Notes: generated from the letters alone by a model not told the origin. A stretch of 64,000 nt of DNA from Pseudomonadota bacterium (GCA_002746565.1 PDPI01000023.1:16037-80036); one strand, 5' to 3'; shown: positions 1 to 8,830, counted from the first letter of the stretch. A program made the numbers and translations.

Positions 1-771
1 AGTGGAAAAGGTACTTTACAAGATCTCAAAAAAGCCTTTTACTGGACTAAAAAATCGGCAAAACAAGGCGATGTTGGTGCGCAATACAATCTAGGACTTA
101 TGTACAACAATGGAAAGGGCATTTTAAAAGATCCAAAAAAAGCCCTCTATTGGTATGAAAAATCAGCAAAACAAGGTGATGTTAAGGCGCAACATAATCT
201 AGCAATAATGTATCACAATGGAAGAGGTACTCTAAAAAATCTTAAAAAAGCATTTTATTGGTATGAAAAATCAGCAAAACAAGGTCACGCTAAGGCGCAA
301 AATAATTTAGGAATAATGTATCGCACAGGAGAAGGCACTTTAAAAGATTTTAAGAAGGCTTTTTATTGGACTAAAAAATCAGCTCAACAAGGTGACGCTA
401 CAGCACAAAACAATCTAGGAATAATGTACCTCACAGGAGAAGGTACTTTAAAAGATTTTAAAAAGGCTTTTTATTGGTATGAAAAGTCAGCTCAACAAGC
501 TCATCCTAGTGCACAATACAATTTAGGATTTATGTATCAAAATGGGAAAGGCACTTTAAAAGATTTTAAAAAGGCTTTTTATTGGTATGAAAAATCAGCA
601 AAACAAGGTGATGCTAGTGCACAATACAATCTAGGGATTATGTGTATTTATGGGGAGGGAACTTTAGTGGATAAAAAGCGGGCAGCTTATTGGATAGAGC
701 AAGCATATAAAAATAACTATCCAAAAGCCCAAAGAATCTGGAACAAATACGAACTTTGGAAATATAAATAA
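1..771 (+). CDS. Sel1-like (TPR-family) repeat protein; 5' end lies outside the window
   Basis: Frame 1 is open from nt 1. At least 7 tandem 36-aa units carry the Sel1 signature (GxGTLKDxKKAFYWYEKSAxQGxAxAQxNLGxMY). Stop codon at 769-771. Confidence 0.85.
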   Translation, partial: SGKGTLQDLKKAFYWTKKSAKQGDVGAQYNLGLMYNNGKGILKDPKKALYWYEKSAKQGDVKAQHNLAIMYHNGRGTLKNLKKAFYWYEKSAKQGHAKAQNNLGIMYRTGEGTLKDFKKAFYWTKKSAQQGDATAQNNLGIMYLTGEGTLKDFKKAFYWYEKSAQQAHPSAQYNLGFMYQNGKGTLKDFKKAFYWYEKSAKQGDASAQYNLGIMCIYGEGTLVDKKRAAYWIEQAYKNNYPKAQRIWNKYELWKYK

Positions 772-778
772 AAAAACT

Positions 779-1657
779 CTAGATTTTAAACGCCTCTTTT
801 AAAGTGGATATATTGTCCTCTGCTCCTGTGGGGAGCTTTAGTATATTGGCTACTTTTTTATAGATAAATTTTTTAGATTTTTCATTTAAAAGGGGTGGGG
901 ATTTTGTGGATTTTGAAAGTTTAGATCCGTTTGCATCTAGACATAGGTCATGGTGGATAAATCTTGCATGTAAAAAATCCTCCCAACCCAAAAGTTTTGC
1001 CATGTAAAGCTGGAGTGCTGAAGATAAAAGCAAATCCTTTCCTCTGACTATGAGGGAAGTTTTTAGATTTTTATCATCAACTAAAGATGCAAAATTGTAA
1101 GAGGGTAAATCCCCTTTTCTCCACAAAATCAAATCACCCACTTTTTGATCTAAAAATATTAGTTTATTTTCCACATTGATGGAAGTATTTTCTCTGACAT
1201 GCAATCTTAAAGAATGTTTTTGTGGATCATAAGAAAAACTTTTACGTAAACAAGTCTGGGGATAAAGTCCGTTTTTGGATAAAAGTTTTATCTGTTTTCG
1301 TGAACATTCACATGGATATGTAAAGGGGGAAATTTTTTCAAATTCTTTTTTGTAAGTTTTTTCTCTTTTGGAAAAATGATAGTTTTGATAATAATCACTA
1401 GGATTTTTCGCTCCCTCATCCCACCGAATGCCCAACCATTCTAGGGAGGCAAAGATATTGTCTATATACTCTATCTTTAATCTTTGGGTATCTATGTCAT
1501 CAATTCTTAGATGCAAGATGCCGTTATATTTTTTAACTAAAAGAAAGGTAAGAACAAAATTAACCCCATTTCCCACATGTAAATATCCACTAGGAGTAGG
1601 AGCTAATCTTGAGATAAGAGGGCTTTTACACCCTATCTTCACGAGGTCTAGCCTCAT
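779..1657 (-). CDS. gluQ: glutamyl-Q tRNA(Asp) synthetase (truncated GluRS paralog)
   Basis: 292 aa. Class I aaRS motifs PSGYLHVGN (HIGH-like) and KLSKS, a Cys cluster YPCECS...YPQTC, and no anticodon-binding domain. The start overlaps the upstream RRM gene by 32 nt; a GTG 15 nt downstream is an alternative start. Confidence 0.75.
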   Translation of the reverse strand: MRLDLVKIGCKSPLISRLAPTPSGYLHVGNGVNFVLTFLLVKKYNGILHLRIDDIDTQRLKIEYIDNIFASLEWLGIRWDEGAKNPSDYYQNYHFSKREKTYKKEFEKISPFTYPCECSRKQIKLLSKNGLYPQTCLRKSFSYDPQKHSLRLHVRENTSINVENKLIFLDQKVGDLILWRKGDLPSYNFASLVDDKNLKTSLIVRGKDLLLSSALQLYMAKLLGWEDFLHARFIHHDLCLDANGSKLSKSTKSPPLLNEKSKKFIYKKVANILKLPTGAEDNISTLKEAFKI

Positions 1658-1883
1658 TTACCCTTAAAGCTCTTCCAGCAACTTCTTTGCCTTCAAGCTC
1701 TTCTATGGCTTTTTTTGCCTCATCGTCATTTTCCATCTCAACAAAACCAAAACCTTTGGATCTGTTGTTGAAATTTCTATCAACTATGATCTTTGCACTC
1801 TTAACATCACCAAACTGGGCAAATGTATCCTTCAACTCTTCCTCTGTCATGCTATATGACAAATTTCCCACATAAATATTCAC
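1626..1883 (-). CDS. RRM-type RNA-binding protein
   Basis: 85 aa with RNP-2 (IYVGNL) and RNP-1 (KGFGFVEM) motifs. Confidence 0.85.
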   Translation of the reverse strand: MNIYVGNLSYSMTEEELKDTFAQFGDVKSAKIIVDRNFNNRSKGFGFVEMENDDEAKKAIEELEGKEVAGRALRVNEARPREDRV

Positions 1884-1963
1884 AGCCTACCTGTCCTTAA
1901 ATAAAATCTGATCTAAATCAGTCCAACCATCATACCCTTTTTTTCAAAAATTAGCAATAGTTT

Positions 1964-2505
1964 TTAGTATAAAAGCTGATTTTTTACTTCCACATAGACA
2001 TCTTCTCCACATAAAACCTCAACTATAAACAAAGCAAACTCCATCGCCGTTGCAGGTCCTTGGGAAGTAATGATGTTTTCATATATGAGAACCCTATCTT
2101 CTTTGCTGTATCCATCAAGCCCTATCACATCTTCAAAGCTAGGATAGCATGTATAATACTTTTTCAAAACACCCGCTTTTGCCAAAGCTAAAGGGGCAGC
2201 ACAAATGGCAGCTATATATTTTTTCTTTTTATCAAATTTTTTAGTAGATCTAAAACCATCTCGCTTTTGGCTAAAATCTGGGCATTTGGAAGACCTCCTG
2301 GAAGAATTATCATATCAAATTCACTCTCTACGACATCTTTTAGTAAAATTTCAGCCTTTATTCTAATATCATGGGCACCTTTCACCTCTAAACTATCAAG
2401 CCCAGCTAAAACAACTTCTACTCCAGCTCGTCTTAAAATATCAACCAAACTAACAGTTTCTATCTCTTCAAAACCTTCACTTATGGGAATTAAAACTTTT
2501 TTCAT
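1964..2505 (-). pseudogene. DJ-1/PfpI (YajL/ThiJ-like) family gene split by a frameshift
   Basis: Two ORFs (2212-2505 and 1964-2185) together form one DJ-1 protein. The second frame stays open upstream and reads KKFDKKKKYIAAICAAPLALAKAG, which includes the nucleophile-elbow Cys. The junction is best explained by a +/-1 change in the T6 run at 2237-2242. Confidence 0.7.
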
Positions 2506-2570
2506 GGTATCTCTCCTTTGTAGGTGTTATTATAGCATTAATTGTTAAAAAATTAATCTAAAAAATATAG

Positions 2571-2687
2571 GGTACTGAATAAATAGAGATTTAGTCAGTA
2601 CCGAAAACGGATTACGAAAAACAGATAACTAGTAGGGTAGGCATTTTTTCAAAATGCTATTTATTTTTATGTTATTTAGTCGGTGCC
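2571..2687 (+). repeat. dispersed structured element, copy 1 (full length)
   Basis: Hairpin H1 GGTACTGAATAAAT-AGAG-ATTTAGTCAGTACC, 4 GAWWACN heptamers, H2 GGCATTTT-TTC-AAAATGCT, a T-rich tail and terminal GTCGGTGCC. Aligns with 6 other copies. Confidence 0.9.
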
Positions 2688-4046
2688 ATATGGGGTACTA
2701 ATTAAATCGTACACCAAAATAATATTTTCATCTTCTAACTCAAGCAAATCTTTCGTAAAACCGCTCTTGCTAAAAAGATAATACTTTTCAATGGGCAAAT
2801 CACTTTTTATAAATCTAGCCTTTTGTTTTAAGCTCTCTAAAATATCAAGTCCAACTTTTTTATTGCTATATTTACACTCGCCAACTATCAAAGAATTTTG
2901 AGTTATGCCTACTAGATCTATTTCATGGTCTTTATCCCACCATCGACCGCATTTTAGCACCTTAGAATTTTTCTTTACATATTCAATGGCTAGATTTTCA
3001 TACACAAAGGAGATATAGGAGCTAAAATTTTGTTTTATTATTTTAGTAACATAGTGTTTATTTTCCATCTCAAGCCATGTTTTGTAGGGCAAAACATAAC
3101 AAAACCAAAATCTAAAAAAATTATCCTTTATAAAATATAAACTTTTGCGGCTTTTTAGGGGATTTTTTTCGGTTATGGGAACATCCTTATAAACAAGATC
3201 AAGTTCAATTAGTTTATTGATATACGGGGATATGGCTTGAGTTGTTTTTTCAAGCCTACTTGCTATGTGGCTTAATTTGTGAGCACCACTGGCTATATTT
3301 TCTAGTATTGAAAAATACGTAATCTGCTCTGAAACTTCCCCTTGTAGGATAAATTGAGGCTCATTGTACAAAAAACTATTTACTTCAAGGATATTTTCCT
3401 CTATGCCTTTAAATATATCAGCTTTTTCTTTGAACATATTAAGATATTTTGGAACCCCATGGAGTACGCTGTAAAGCTCTATAAGTTCGATTTGGCTTTT
3501 GTTTGGAAAAAATTCATGTATATGTTCAAACTTTATAGCTTCGAGTTTTATGGAACTTGTTCGGCGTCCATATAGGGGCGAGTTATAAGATAGGGTTTGA
3601 TCATGCATCATGGATATAATAGACCCACAAAATATGAGGTGAATATTTTTATTTTCTAAAAATTCATCACATATGTATTGAAATTGGGATGGAATGGATG
3701 GATCTTGTTTGGCTAGATACTGAAATTCATCAATGGCTATAACTAGTTTTTTATCAAAACTTTTTGAACTAATATATCTAAAAAGTTGAGTAAAATTTTC
3801 AAACCTTATCTCTCTCAAGATTTCATCATCAAAATAATCAGCAAATATGCCCTGAAATCTCTTTAAAAGAATAGAGATATTTTCAAGACTTGCTAAAAAA
3901 TACAAAGATGGCTTATCTTTCATAAACTCTCTAAGAAGTGCAGTTTTACCAACCCTGCGCCTGCCATAAAGAATGGTAGATGTAAATTGATCTAAAGCAT
4001 ATTCGCTGTTTAAAATCCCCAATTCTTTTTGTCTATTTACAAACAA
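2676..4046 (-). CDS. AAA+ ATPase (archaeal-ATPase-like) with wHTH and a C-terminal DUF234/PD-(D/E)xK-like domain
   Basis: 456 aa. Walker A GRRRVGKT, Walker B LVIAIDEFQ, C-terminal HEIDLVG...VGECKYS. TTG start with AAGGAG 5 nt upstream. The last 3 codons and the stop lie inside repeat copy 1. Confidence 0.8.
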   Translation of the reverse strand: MFVNRQKELGILNSEYALDQFTSTILYGRRRVGKTALLREFMKDKPSLYFLASLENISILLKRFQGIFADYFDDEILREIRFENFTQLFRYISSKSFDKKLVIAIDEFQYLAKQDPSIPSQFQYICDEFLENKNIHLIFCGSIISMMHDQTLSYNSPLYGRRTSSIKLEAIKFEHIHEFFPNKSQIELIELYSVLHGVPKYLNMFKEKADIFKGIEENILEVNSFLYNEPQFILQGEVSEQITYFSILENIASGAHKLSHIASRLEKTTQAISPYINKLIELDLVYKDVPITEKNPLKSRKSLYFIKDNFFRFWFCYVLPYKTWLEMENKHYVTKIIKQNFSSYISFVYENLAIEYVKKNSKVLKCGRWWDKDHEIDLVGITQNSLIVGECKYSNKKVGLDILESLKQKARFIKSDLPIEKYYLFSKSGFTKDLLELEDENIILVYDLISTPYGTD

Positions 4047-4134
4047 GCTTGCTCCTTAAAATTTTATATAATTTAAATTAGTATAATTTAGATTATATAA
4101 AAAATATACTTAAAGAATATTTATGATCTTGATG

Positions 4135-4234
4135 GGCACTGACGAAATGGCATAAAAATAAATGGCATTTTGTAAAAATGCTTACTTTAACTAGCTATCT
4201 GTTTTCCGCTTTCCGTAATCCCTTTTCGGCACTG
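4135..4234 (-). repeat. dispersed structured element, copy 2 (short form lacking the 5' arm of H1)
   Basis: The reverse complement aligns from CAGTGCCGAAAAGGGATTACGG through GCATTTT-TAC-AAAATGC to GTCAGTGCC. Confidence 0.9.
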
Positions 4235-4258
4235 CTTTCTAAAAAATTAAGTTTTTTA

Positions 4259-4267
4259 TGATACAAT
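4259..4267 (+). promoter_or_regulatory. putative extended -10 promoter (TGaTACAAT) for the selenoprotein gene
   Basis: TG at 4259-4260 and TACAAT at 4262-4267, preceded by a T-rich stretch, about 28 nt upstream of the ATG at 4295. Confidence 0.4.
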
Positions 4268-4294
4268 CTTGCTTATTTTTAAAAAGGAGATTAC

Positions 4295-4522
4295 ATGAAG
4301 GTACTTATTACTTATTGTAATATGTGAAACTATTTGCCTCAAGCTTCCCGTGTGGAAGGAGAAATTAAGAGTGTATATAGTGATGCGGAAGTTTCGTTTG
4401 AGTTAGGAACTCGTGGGGATTTTATCGTTGAAATTGATGGGAAGGTTATCTTTTCAAAAAATGATGAGGATAAGCAAAGATTTCCATTTGAGAACGAAAT
4501 ACTAGAGCTTATGAAAAAATAA
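4295..4522 (+). CDS. SelW/Rdx-family selenoprotein with an in-frame UGA (Sec) at 4325-4327
   Basis: ATG at 4295 with AAGGAG at 4284-4289. Translation is MKVLITYCNM-U-NYLPQASRVEGE...GDFIVEIDGKVIFSK...RFPFENEILELMKK. The TGA sits at the second redox position of a CxxU motif, in frame with the track ORF 4334-4522. Confidence 0.8.
4338..4361 (+). promoter_or_regulatory. candidate bacterial SECIS hairpin
   Basis: CTC-(aag bulge)-CTTCC-[CGTGT loop]-GGAAG-GAG. The hairpin starts 10 nt after the UGA, and the apical loop, with G in its second position, begins 22 nt after the last nucleotide of the UGA. Confidence 0.6.
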
Positions 4523-4529
4523 AGCTTTC

Positions 4530-4566
4530 AAAAAGTGTTGCAAAAAGCGCAACACTTTTTTATTTT
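4530..4566. terminator. bidirectional intrinsic terminator between convergent genes
   Basis: AAAAAGTGTTGC-(aaaaagc)-GCAACACTTTTT followed by TTATTTTTT. There is a T-run after the stem on both strands. Confidence 0.7.
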
Positions 4567-5310
4567 TTAGTGGGATAAAATCTGATCTAAGAAAACTTGC
4601 AATCTTTCGGATTCTGGGTTTTCAAAAAATGCTTCTGGGGTGTTTTCTTCTACTATTTGCCCAGCATCCATAAAAATAATCCTATCGGCAACCTTTTTGG
4701 CAAAACCCATCTCATGGGTAACACAAATCATAGTTTTTCCACTTTTTGCAAGCTCAACCATAACATCTAAAACCTCACTTACCATTTCTGGATCAAGTGC
4801 GGAAGTTGGCTCATCAAAAAGCATTATCTTTGGATGCTTACAAAGGCTTCTTGCTATGGCAACACGTTGTTGTTGTCCGCCTGAGAGTTGATTTGGATAT
4901 TTGTTAGCTTGTTCAGCTATATTTACACGCTCTAGATATTCTAAGGCGGTTTTTTCTGCCTCTTTTCTTGGGGTTTTTTTAACCCAAATTGGCGAAAGGG
5001 TAAGGTTATCAAGTATGGTTAAATGGGGGAAAAGATTAAAATGCTGAAAAACCATGGCAACTTCTTCCCTTATGGCTTTTATTTTTTTGATATCATCATC
5101 AAGTTCAATGCCATCCACATTTATACTTCCCTCTTGAAATTCTTCAAGGCGGTTTATGCATCTAATAAGGGTTGATTTACCCGAACCAGATGGTCCGCAA
5201 ACAACGATAATCTCACCTTTTTTAACGTCCAGATCCACATCTTTTAAAACATGAAAATCCCCATACCATTTATTTAATTTTTTTATACTTATAATAGTTT
5301 CTTGTTCCAT
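4567..5310 (-). CDS. aapP: polar amino-acid ABC transporter, ATP-binding protein
   Basis: 247 aa. Walker [10 protein letters not shown], signature LSGGQQQR, Walker [12 protein letters not shown]. Confidence 0.9.
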   Translation of the reverse strand: MEQETIISIKKLNKWYGDFHVLKDVDLDVKKGEIIVVCGPSGSGKSTLIRCINRLEEFQEGSINVDGIELDDDIKKIKAIREEVAMVFQHFNLFPHLTILDNLTLSPIWVKKTPRKEAEKTALEYLERVNIAEQANKYPNQLSGGQQQRVAIARSLCKHPKIMLFDEPTSALDPEMVSEVLDVMVELAKSGKTMICVTHEMGFAKKVADRIIFMDAGQIVEENTPEAFFENPESERLQVFLDQILSH

Positions 5311-5318
5311 TTTAATCC

Positions 5319-6404
5319 TTATTTTATATCCGTATTAAACTTATCTTCCAAGATTTTTGAATATCTTGACATAAGATAACAAAATAGCCAAAACACAAGG
5401 GCGACAAAAACATAACCCTCCGTTTCCATACCAAGCCAATTTTTATCGGCCGATGTGATACGAACCATGCCAAGCAAATCAAAAAGACCAACTATCAAAA
5501 CTAGGGTTGTATCTTGGAAAAGTGAGATGAAAATTCCCACTAGATTTGGTATGGCAACCTTCAAAGCTTGGGGCAAGATAACAAGTATCATTTTTTGCCA
5601 GTAAGAAAGTCCAACCGCATCAGCTGCTTCGTATTGTCCCTTTGGGATGGATTGGAGTCCGCCTCTTATAACTTCTGCTGTATAGGCTGCTTGGAAAAGA
5701 GTGATACCTATAACTGCTCTTAGTAATTTATCAAAGGTAATGCCCTCGGGAAAGAAAAGTGGCAAGATGATCGATGACATGAAAAGAATGGTAATGAGTG
5801 GCACTCCACGGATAAATTCCACGTAAGTTACACAAACGCTTTTTATGATGGGAAGTTTTGATTGGCGTCCAAAGGCTACGATAATGCCTATGGGAAAGGA
5901 AAATATTATGCCTGTTGCTGCAACTAGGATAGAGAGCATAAGTCCGCCCCATTTATCCGTTGGTACATATTCTAGTCCAAAAATTCCTCCTATGGTAAAA
6001 ATAGCTACGAGGATAAAATAAGCACTCAAAATGGCAAATTTAGCAAAATTATTTTTTATAAATTTAGATCCAAACACTATAATGATAAATAAAATCCCCA
6101 TAAGATTTATCCGCCATCTCTCATGTTCTGGATAAAATCCATACATGAACATATCTAATTTTTCTTTAACAAAGATCCAGCAAGCACCACTGCCCGTGCA
6201 TTGCTCCCTTGTTGTTCCACTAAAATTTGCATCTATAAAAGACCATTGAATGAAGGGTGGAATTATGAGATAAAGTATCCAAATGCCTAAAATAGTCAAA
6301 AATATATTCAAAGGCGAGGAAAAAAGATTTTGCCTTAACCATCCTAAAACTCCACTTCCGCCCTTTGGAGCTTGTCTAGCTTGTTTTTCTTCATATACTG
6401 CCAT
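5319..6404 (-). CDS. aapM: general L-amino-acid ABC transporter permease
   Basis: 361 aa polytopic protein with an EAA-type loop ([23 protein letters not shown]). Lies in an operon with the SBP and ATPase genes. Confidence 0.8.
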   Translation of the reverse strand: MAVYEEKQARQAPKGGSGVLGWLRQNLFSSPLNIFLTILGIWILYLIIPPFIQWSFIDANFSGTTREQCTGSGACWIFVKEKLDMFMYGFYPEHERWRINLMGILFIIIVFGSKFIKNNFAKFAILSAYFILVAIFTIGGIFGLEYVPTDKWGGLMLSILVAATGIIFSFPIGIIVAFGRQSKLPIIKSVCVTYVEFIRGVPLITILFMSSIILPLFFPEGITFDKLLRAVIGITLFQAAYTAEVIRGGLQSIPKGQYEAADAVGLSYWQKMILVILPQALKVAIPNLVGIFISLFQDTTLVLIVGLFDLLGMVRITSADKNWLGMETEGYVFVALVFWLFCYLMSRYSKILEDKFNTDIK

Positions 6405-7558
6405 TATCGCTCCTTTATTTTTATTTTGCTATTGAACCAATTGAGTATGGCTGATACTACTAGACTTATAATCAGGTAAACTAGCATGGTAATTGCTATT
6501 ATTTCGATAGATTGCCCCACCTGGTTTAGGGAAGTCCCAGCAAAAACCGTTACAAGCTCAGGATAGCCCACTGCTGTTGCTAGGGATGAATTTTTTATAA
6601 GGTTTAAATATTGATTGATAATCGGAGGTATAGAAACTCTGATAGCCTGGGGCAAGATAACTAACTTTAAACTCTGATAAGCTGAAAGTCCAAGACTTGC
6701 TGCGGCTTCTTTTTGTCCTTTTTTTACAGCCTCTATGCCCGAGCGAACCGCTTCAGCAATAAAGGTTGCCGTATAGATAACAAGGGCAAAGGTTAGGGCT
6801 AAAAATTCAGGGGTTATTACCTTTCCACCCCTAAAGTTAAAGCCTTTAAGTTCAGGGTAACTAAACCCAAAATCTGCTCCACCGATAAAAAATGAAACAA
6901 TAGTAAAAACTAAAAAAACTCCTATGCTAGCTATTAGGGTTGGGAAGTATTGCCCTGTTTCTTCTTGTCTTTTTTTTGCCCATTTTGCCATAAAAAATAT
7001 AAATACAAAACTTAATAAAACTCCGCCAAGTAAGGCGTAGGTTGTGCTATTCCATGAAGCAAGTGGAATGTAAAGACCGCGATTGTTTATAAAAATAGCA
7101 TCGACAAAATTTACACTCTGCCTTGGGGATGGCAAAGATTGTATGACAACATTGTACCAAAATAAGATTTGTAACAAAAGCGGGATATTTCTAAAAATAT
7201 CTATATAAGCTGCTGCTAATTTTTTGATAAGAAAGTTCTTAGAAAGCCTTAAAACCCCTATGATTAAGCCTAAAATTGTGGCAAATAAGATGCCAACAAA
7301 GCTTACTATAAAGGTATTTAAAAGTCCAACCAAAAACACTCTTGCGTGGGTATGGGATTCGGAAAACTCTATGGGAGATTCGGTAATCCCAAAACCAGCG
7401 GTTCCTTCTAAAAACTCAAAACCTGTTTGTATGCCCCTTTGTTCTATATTGTGCAAAGTATTTATTCCAATATACCACAAAAAAGCAACTAAACCTATGA
7501 CAGTTAAAAGCTGGAAGAATATCGCTCTTGCTTTTTCATGCCTAAGAAAAGAAAACAT
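6404..7558 (-). CDS. aapQ: general L-amino-acid ABC transporter permease
   Basis: 384 aa polytopic protein with the motif ATFIAEAVRSGIEAVKKGQKEAA. Its stop and the aapM start share nt 6404. Confidence 0.8.
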   Translation of the reverse strand: MFSFLRHEKARAIFFQLLTVIGLVAFLWYIGINTLHNIEQRGIQTGFEFLEGTAGFGITESPIEFSESHTHARVFLVGLLNTFIVSFVGILFATILGLIIGVLRLSKNFLIKKLAAAYIDIFRNIPLLLQILFWYNVVIQSLPSPRQSVNFVDAIFINNRGLYIPLASWNSTTYALLGGVLLSFVFIFFMAKWAKKRQEETGQYFPTLIASIGVFLVFTIVSFFIGGADFGFSYPELKGFNFRGGKVITPEFLALTFALVIYTATFIAEAVRSGIEAVKKGQKEAAASLGLSAYQSLKLVILPQAIRVSIPPIINQYLNLIKNSSLATAVGYPELVTVFAGTSLNQVGQSIEIIAITMLVYLIISLVVSAILNWFNSKIKIKER

Positions 7559-7624
7559 TAATATAACCCTTTGTTGATTTTTTAAGATTGGGAAAAGGCG
7601 ACAAAAGTCGCCTTTGTAAGATTA

Positions 7625-8641
7625 TTATCTAAATGGAGGAGAGTATTGTAGACCGCCATCTTTCCAAAGGGCATTTAAGCCTCTTTCGATATTTAGTGGA
7701 GTATTTACACCAACATTTCTTTCAAAAACTTCGCCATAGTTACCAACCTGAGTAACTATATTGTAAGCCCAATCGGCACTTAAGCCTAGATTTGAACCCA
7801 TTTTTCCTTCAACTCCCAAAATTCTCTTGATAGTTGGATTTGAAGTTGATTTTTTAAGCTTGGCTGCATTTTTGCTTGTAATTCCAGCCTCTTCAGCCGC
7901 AACCATGGCAAAAAATGACCATCTTACTATATTGAACCATTGATCATCCCCTTGTCTTACAACTGGTCCTAAAGGCTCTTTTGAGATAATCTCAGGTAAA
8001 ACCATGTGTTTTTTAGGGTCTTTAAGCTTGGTTCTTAGTCCATAAAGCTGAGATGCATCAGAGGTTAAGATATCACATCTTCCATTTTCATAACTTTGTA
8101 CAACTTGATCGTTTGTATCATAGGTTACAGCTTTATATTTAAGGTTGTTTGCTCTAAAATAATCAGCAACATTTAGCTCAGTTGTAGTTCCTGTTTGGAT
8201 ACAAACAGATGCACCGCCAAGCTCTTTTGCACTTTTTACACCCAAATCTTTTCTTATCATGAAACCTTGACCATCGTAATAGTTTACTCCAGCAAAGTTA
8301 AGCCCTAAAGATGTATCTCTTGATTGGGTCCAAGTTGTATTTCTAACAAGCACATCAATCTCTCTAGATTGTAAAGCAGCTAATCTTTCCTTTGCGTTTA
8401 AGGCTACAAATTTTGTCTTTGTGGCATCTCCAAAAACAGCCGCCGCAACCGCGCGACATCCATCCACATCAATACCACTCCATTTTCCACCACTAGCAAC
8501 TTCAGAAAAACCTGGAAGTCCACCATCGGCTCCACACTTAACAAAACCTCTTTTTTTAACGTCATCTAAAGTACCAGCATTAGCAAGAGTACCAACTCCT
8601 AAGATAAGTAAAGCACCCAGTGCAAATCTTTTTAAATTCAT
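7625..8641 (-). CDS. aapJ: amino-acid ABC transporter periplasmic substrate-binding protein
   Basis: 338 aa with a signal peptide (MNLKRFALGALLILGVGTLANA) and an SBP family 3-like sequence. First gene of the aap operon. Confidence 0.8.
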   Translation of the reverse strand: MNLKRFALGALLILGVGTLANAGTLDDVKKRGFVKCGADGGLPGFSEVASGGKWSGIDVDGCRAVAAAVFGDATKTKFVALNAKERLAALQSREIDVLVRNTTWTQSRDTSLGLNFAGVNYYDGQGFMIRKDLGVKSAKELGGASVCIQTGTTTELNVADYFRANNLKYKAVTYDTNDQVVQSYENGRCDILTSDASQLYGLRTKLKDPKKHMVLPEIISKEPLGPVVRQGDDQWFNIVRWSFFAMVAAEEAGITSKNAAKLKKSTSNPTIKRILGVEGKMGSNLGLSADWAYNIVTQVGNYGEVFERNVGVNTPLNIERGLNALWKDGGLQYSPPFR

Positions 8642-8830
8642 AAAATCTCCTTAATTAAATATGAGGTACAATATAATATGTTAAAGATTGAAAAAAGATT
8701 AAAATCACAAAATATAGATAATTACTTTTACAAGATGTTACCTAAAAGGACATTTTTAATCTTTTTTCGTCATTTTGGCATGATAAAAATAAACTATAAT
8801 TATAATCTGCACAAAAATAACATAAGATAA

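Noticed and set aside
1626-1657. 32-nt overlap between the gluQ start and the end of the RRM gene, considered as a possible recoding or regulatory site.
   Set aside because: This is most simply explained by start-codon ambiguity: a GTG 15 nt downstream shortens the overlap to 17 nt. Small overlaps of co-directional genes are common throughout this window.
5731-5952. 73-aa same-strand nested ORF inside aapM, and similar nested ORFs at 37224-37418, 38720-38908 and 40279-40524.
   Set aside because: They are alternative frames of membrane-protein genes with no independent start signals, and the products are Cys/His/Tyr-rich out-of-frame artefacts.
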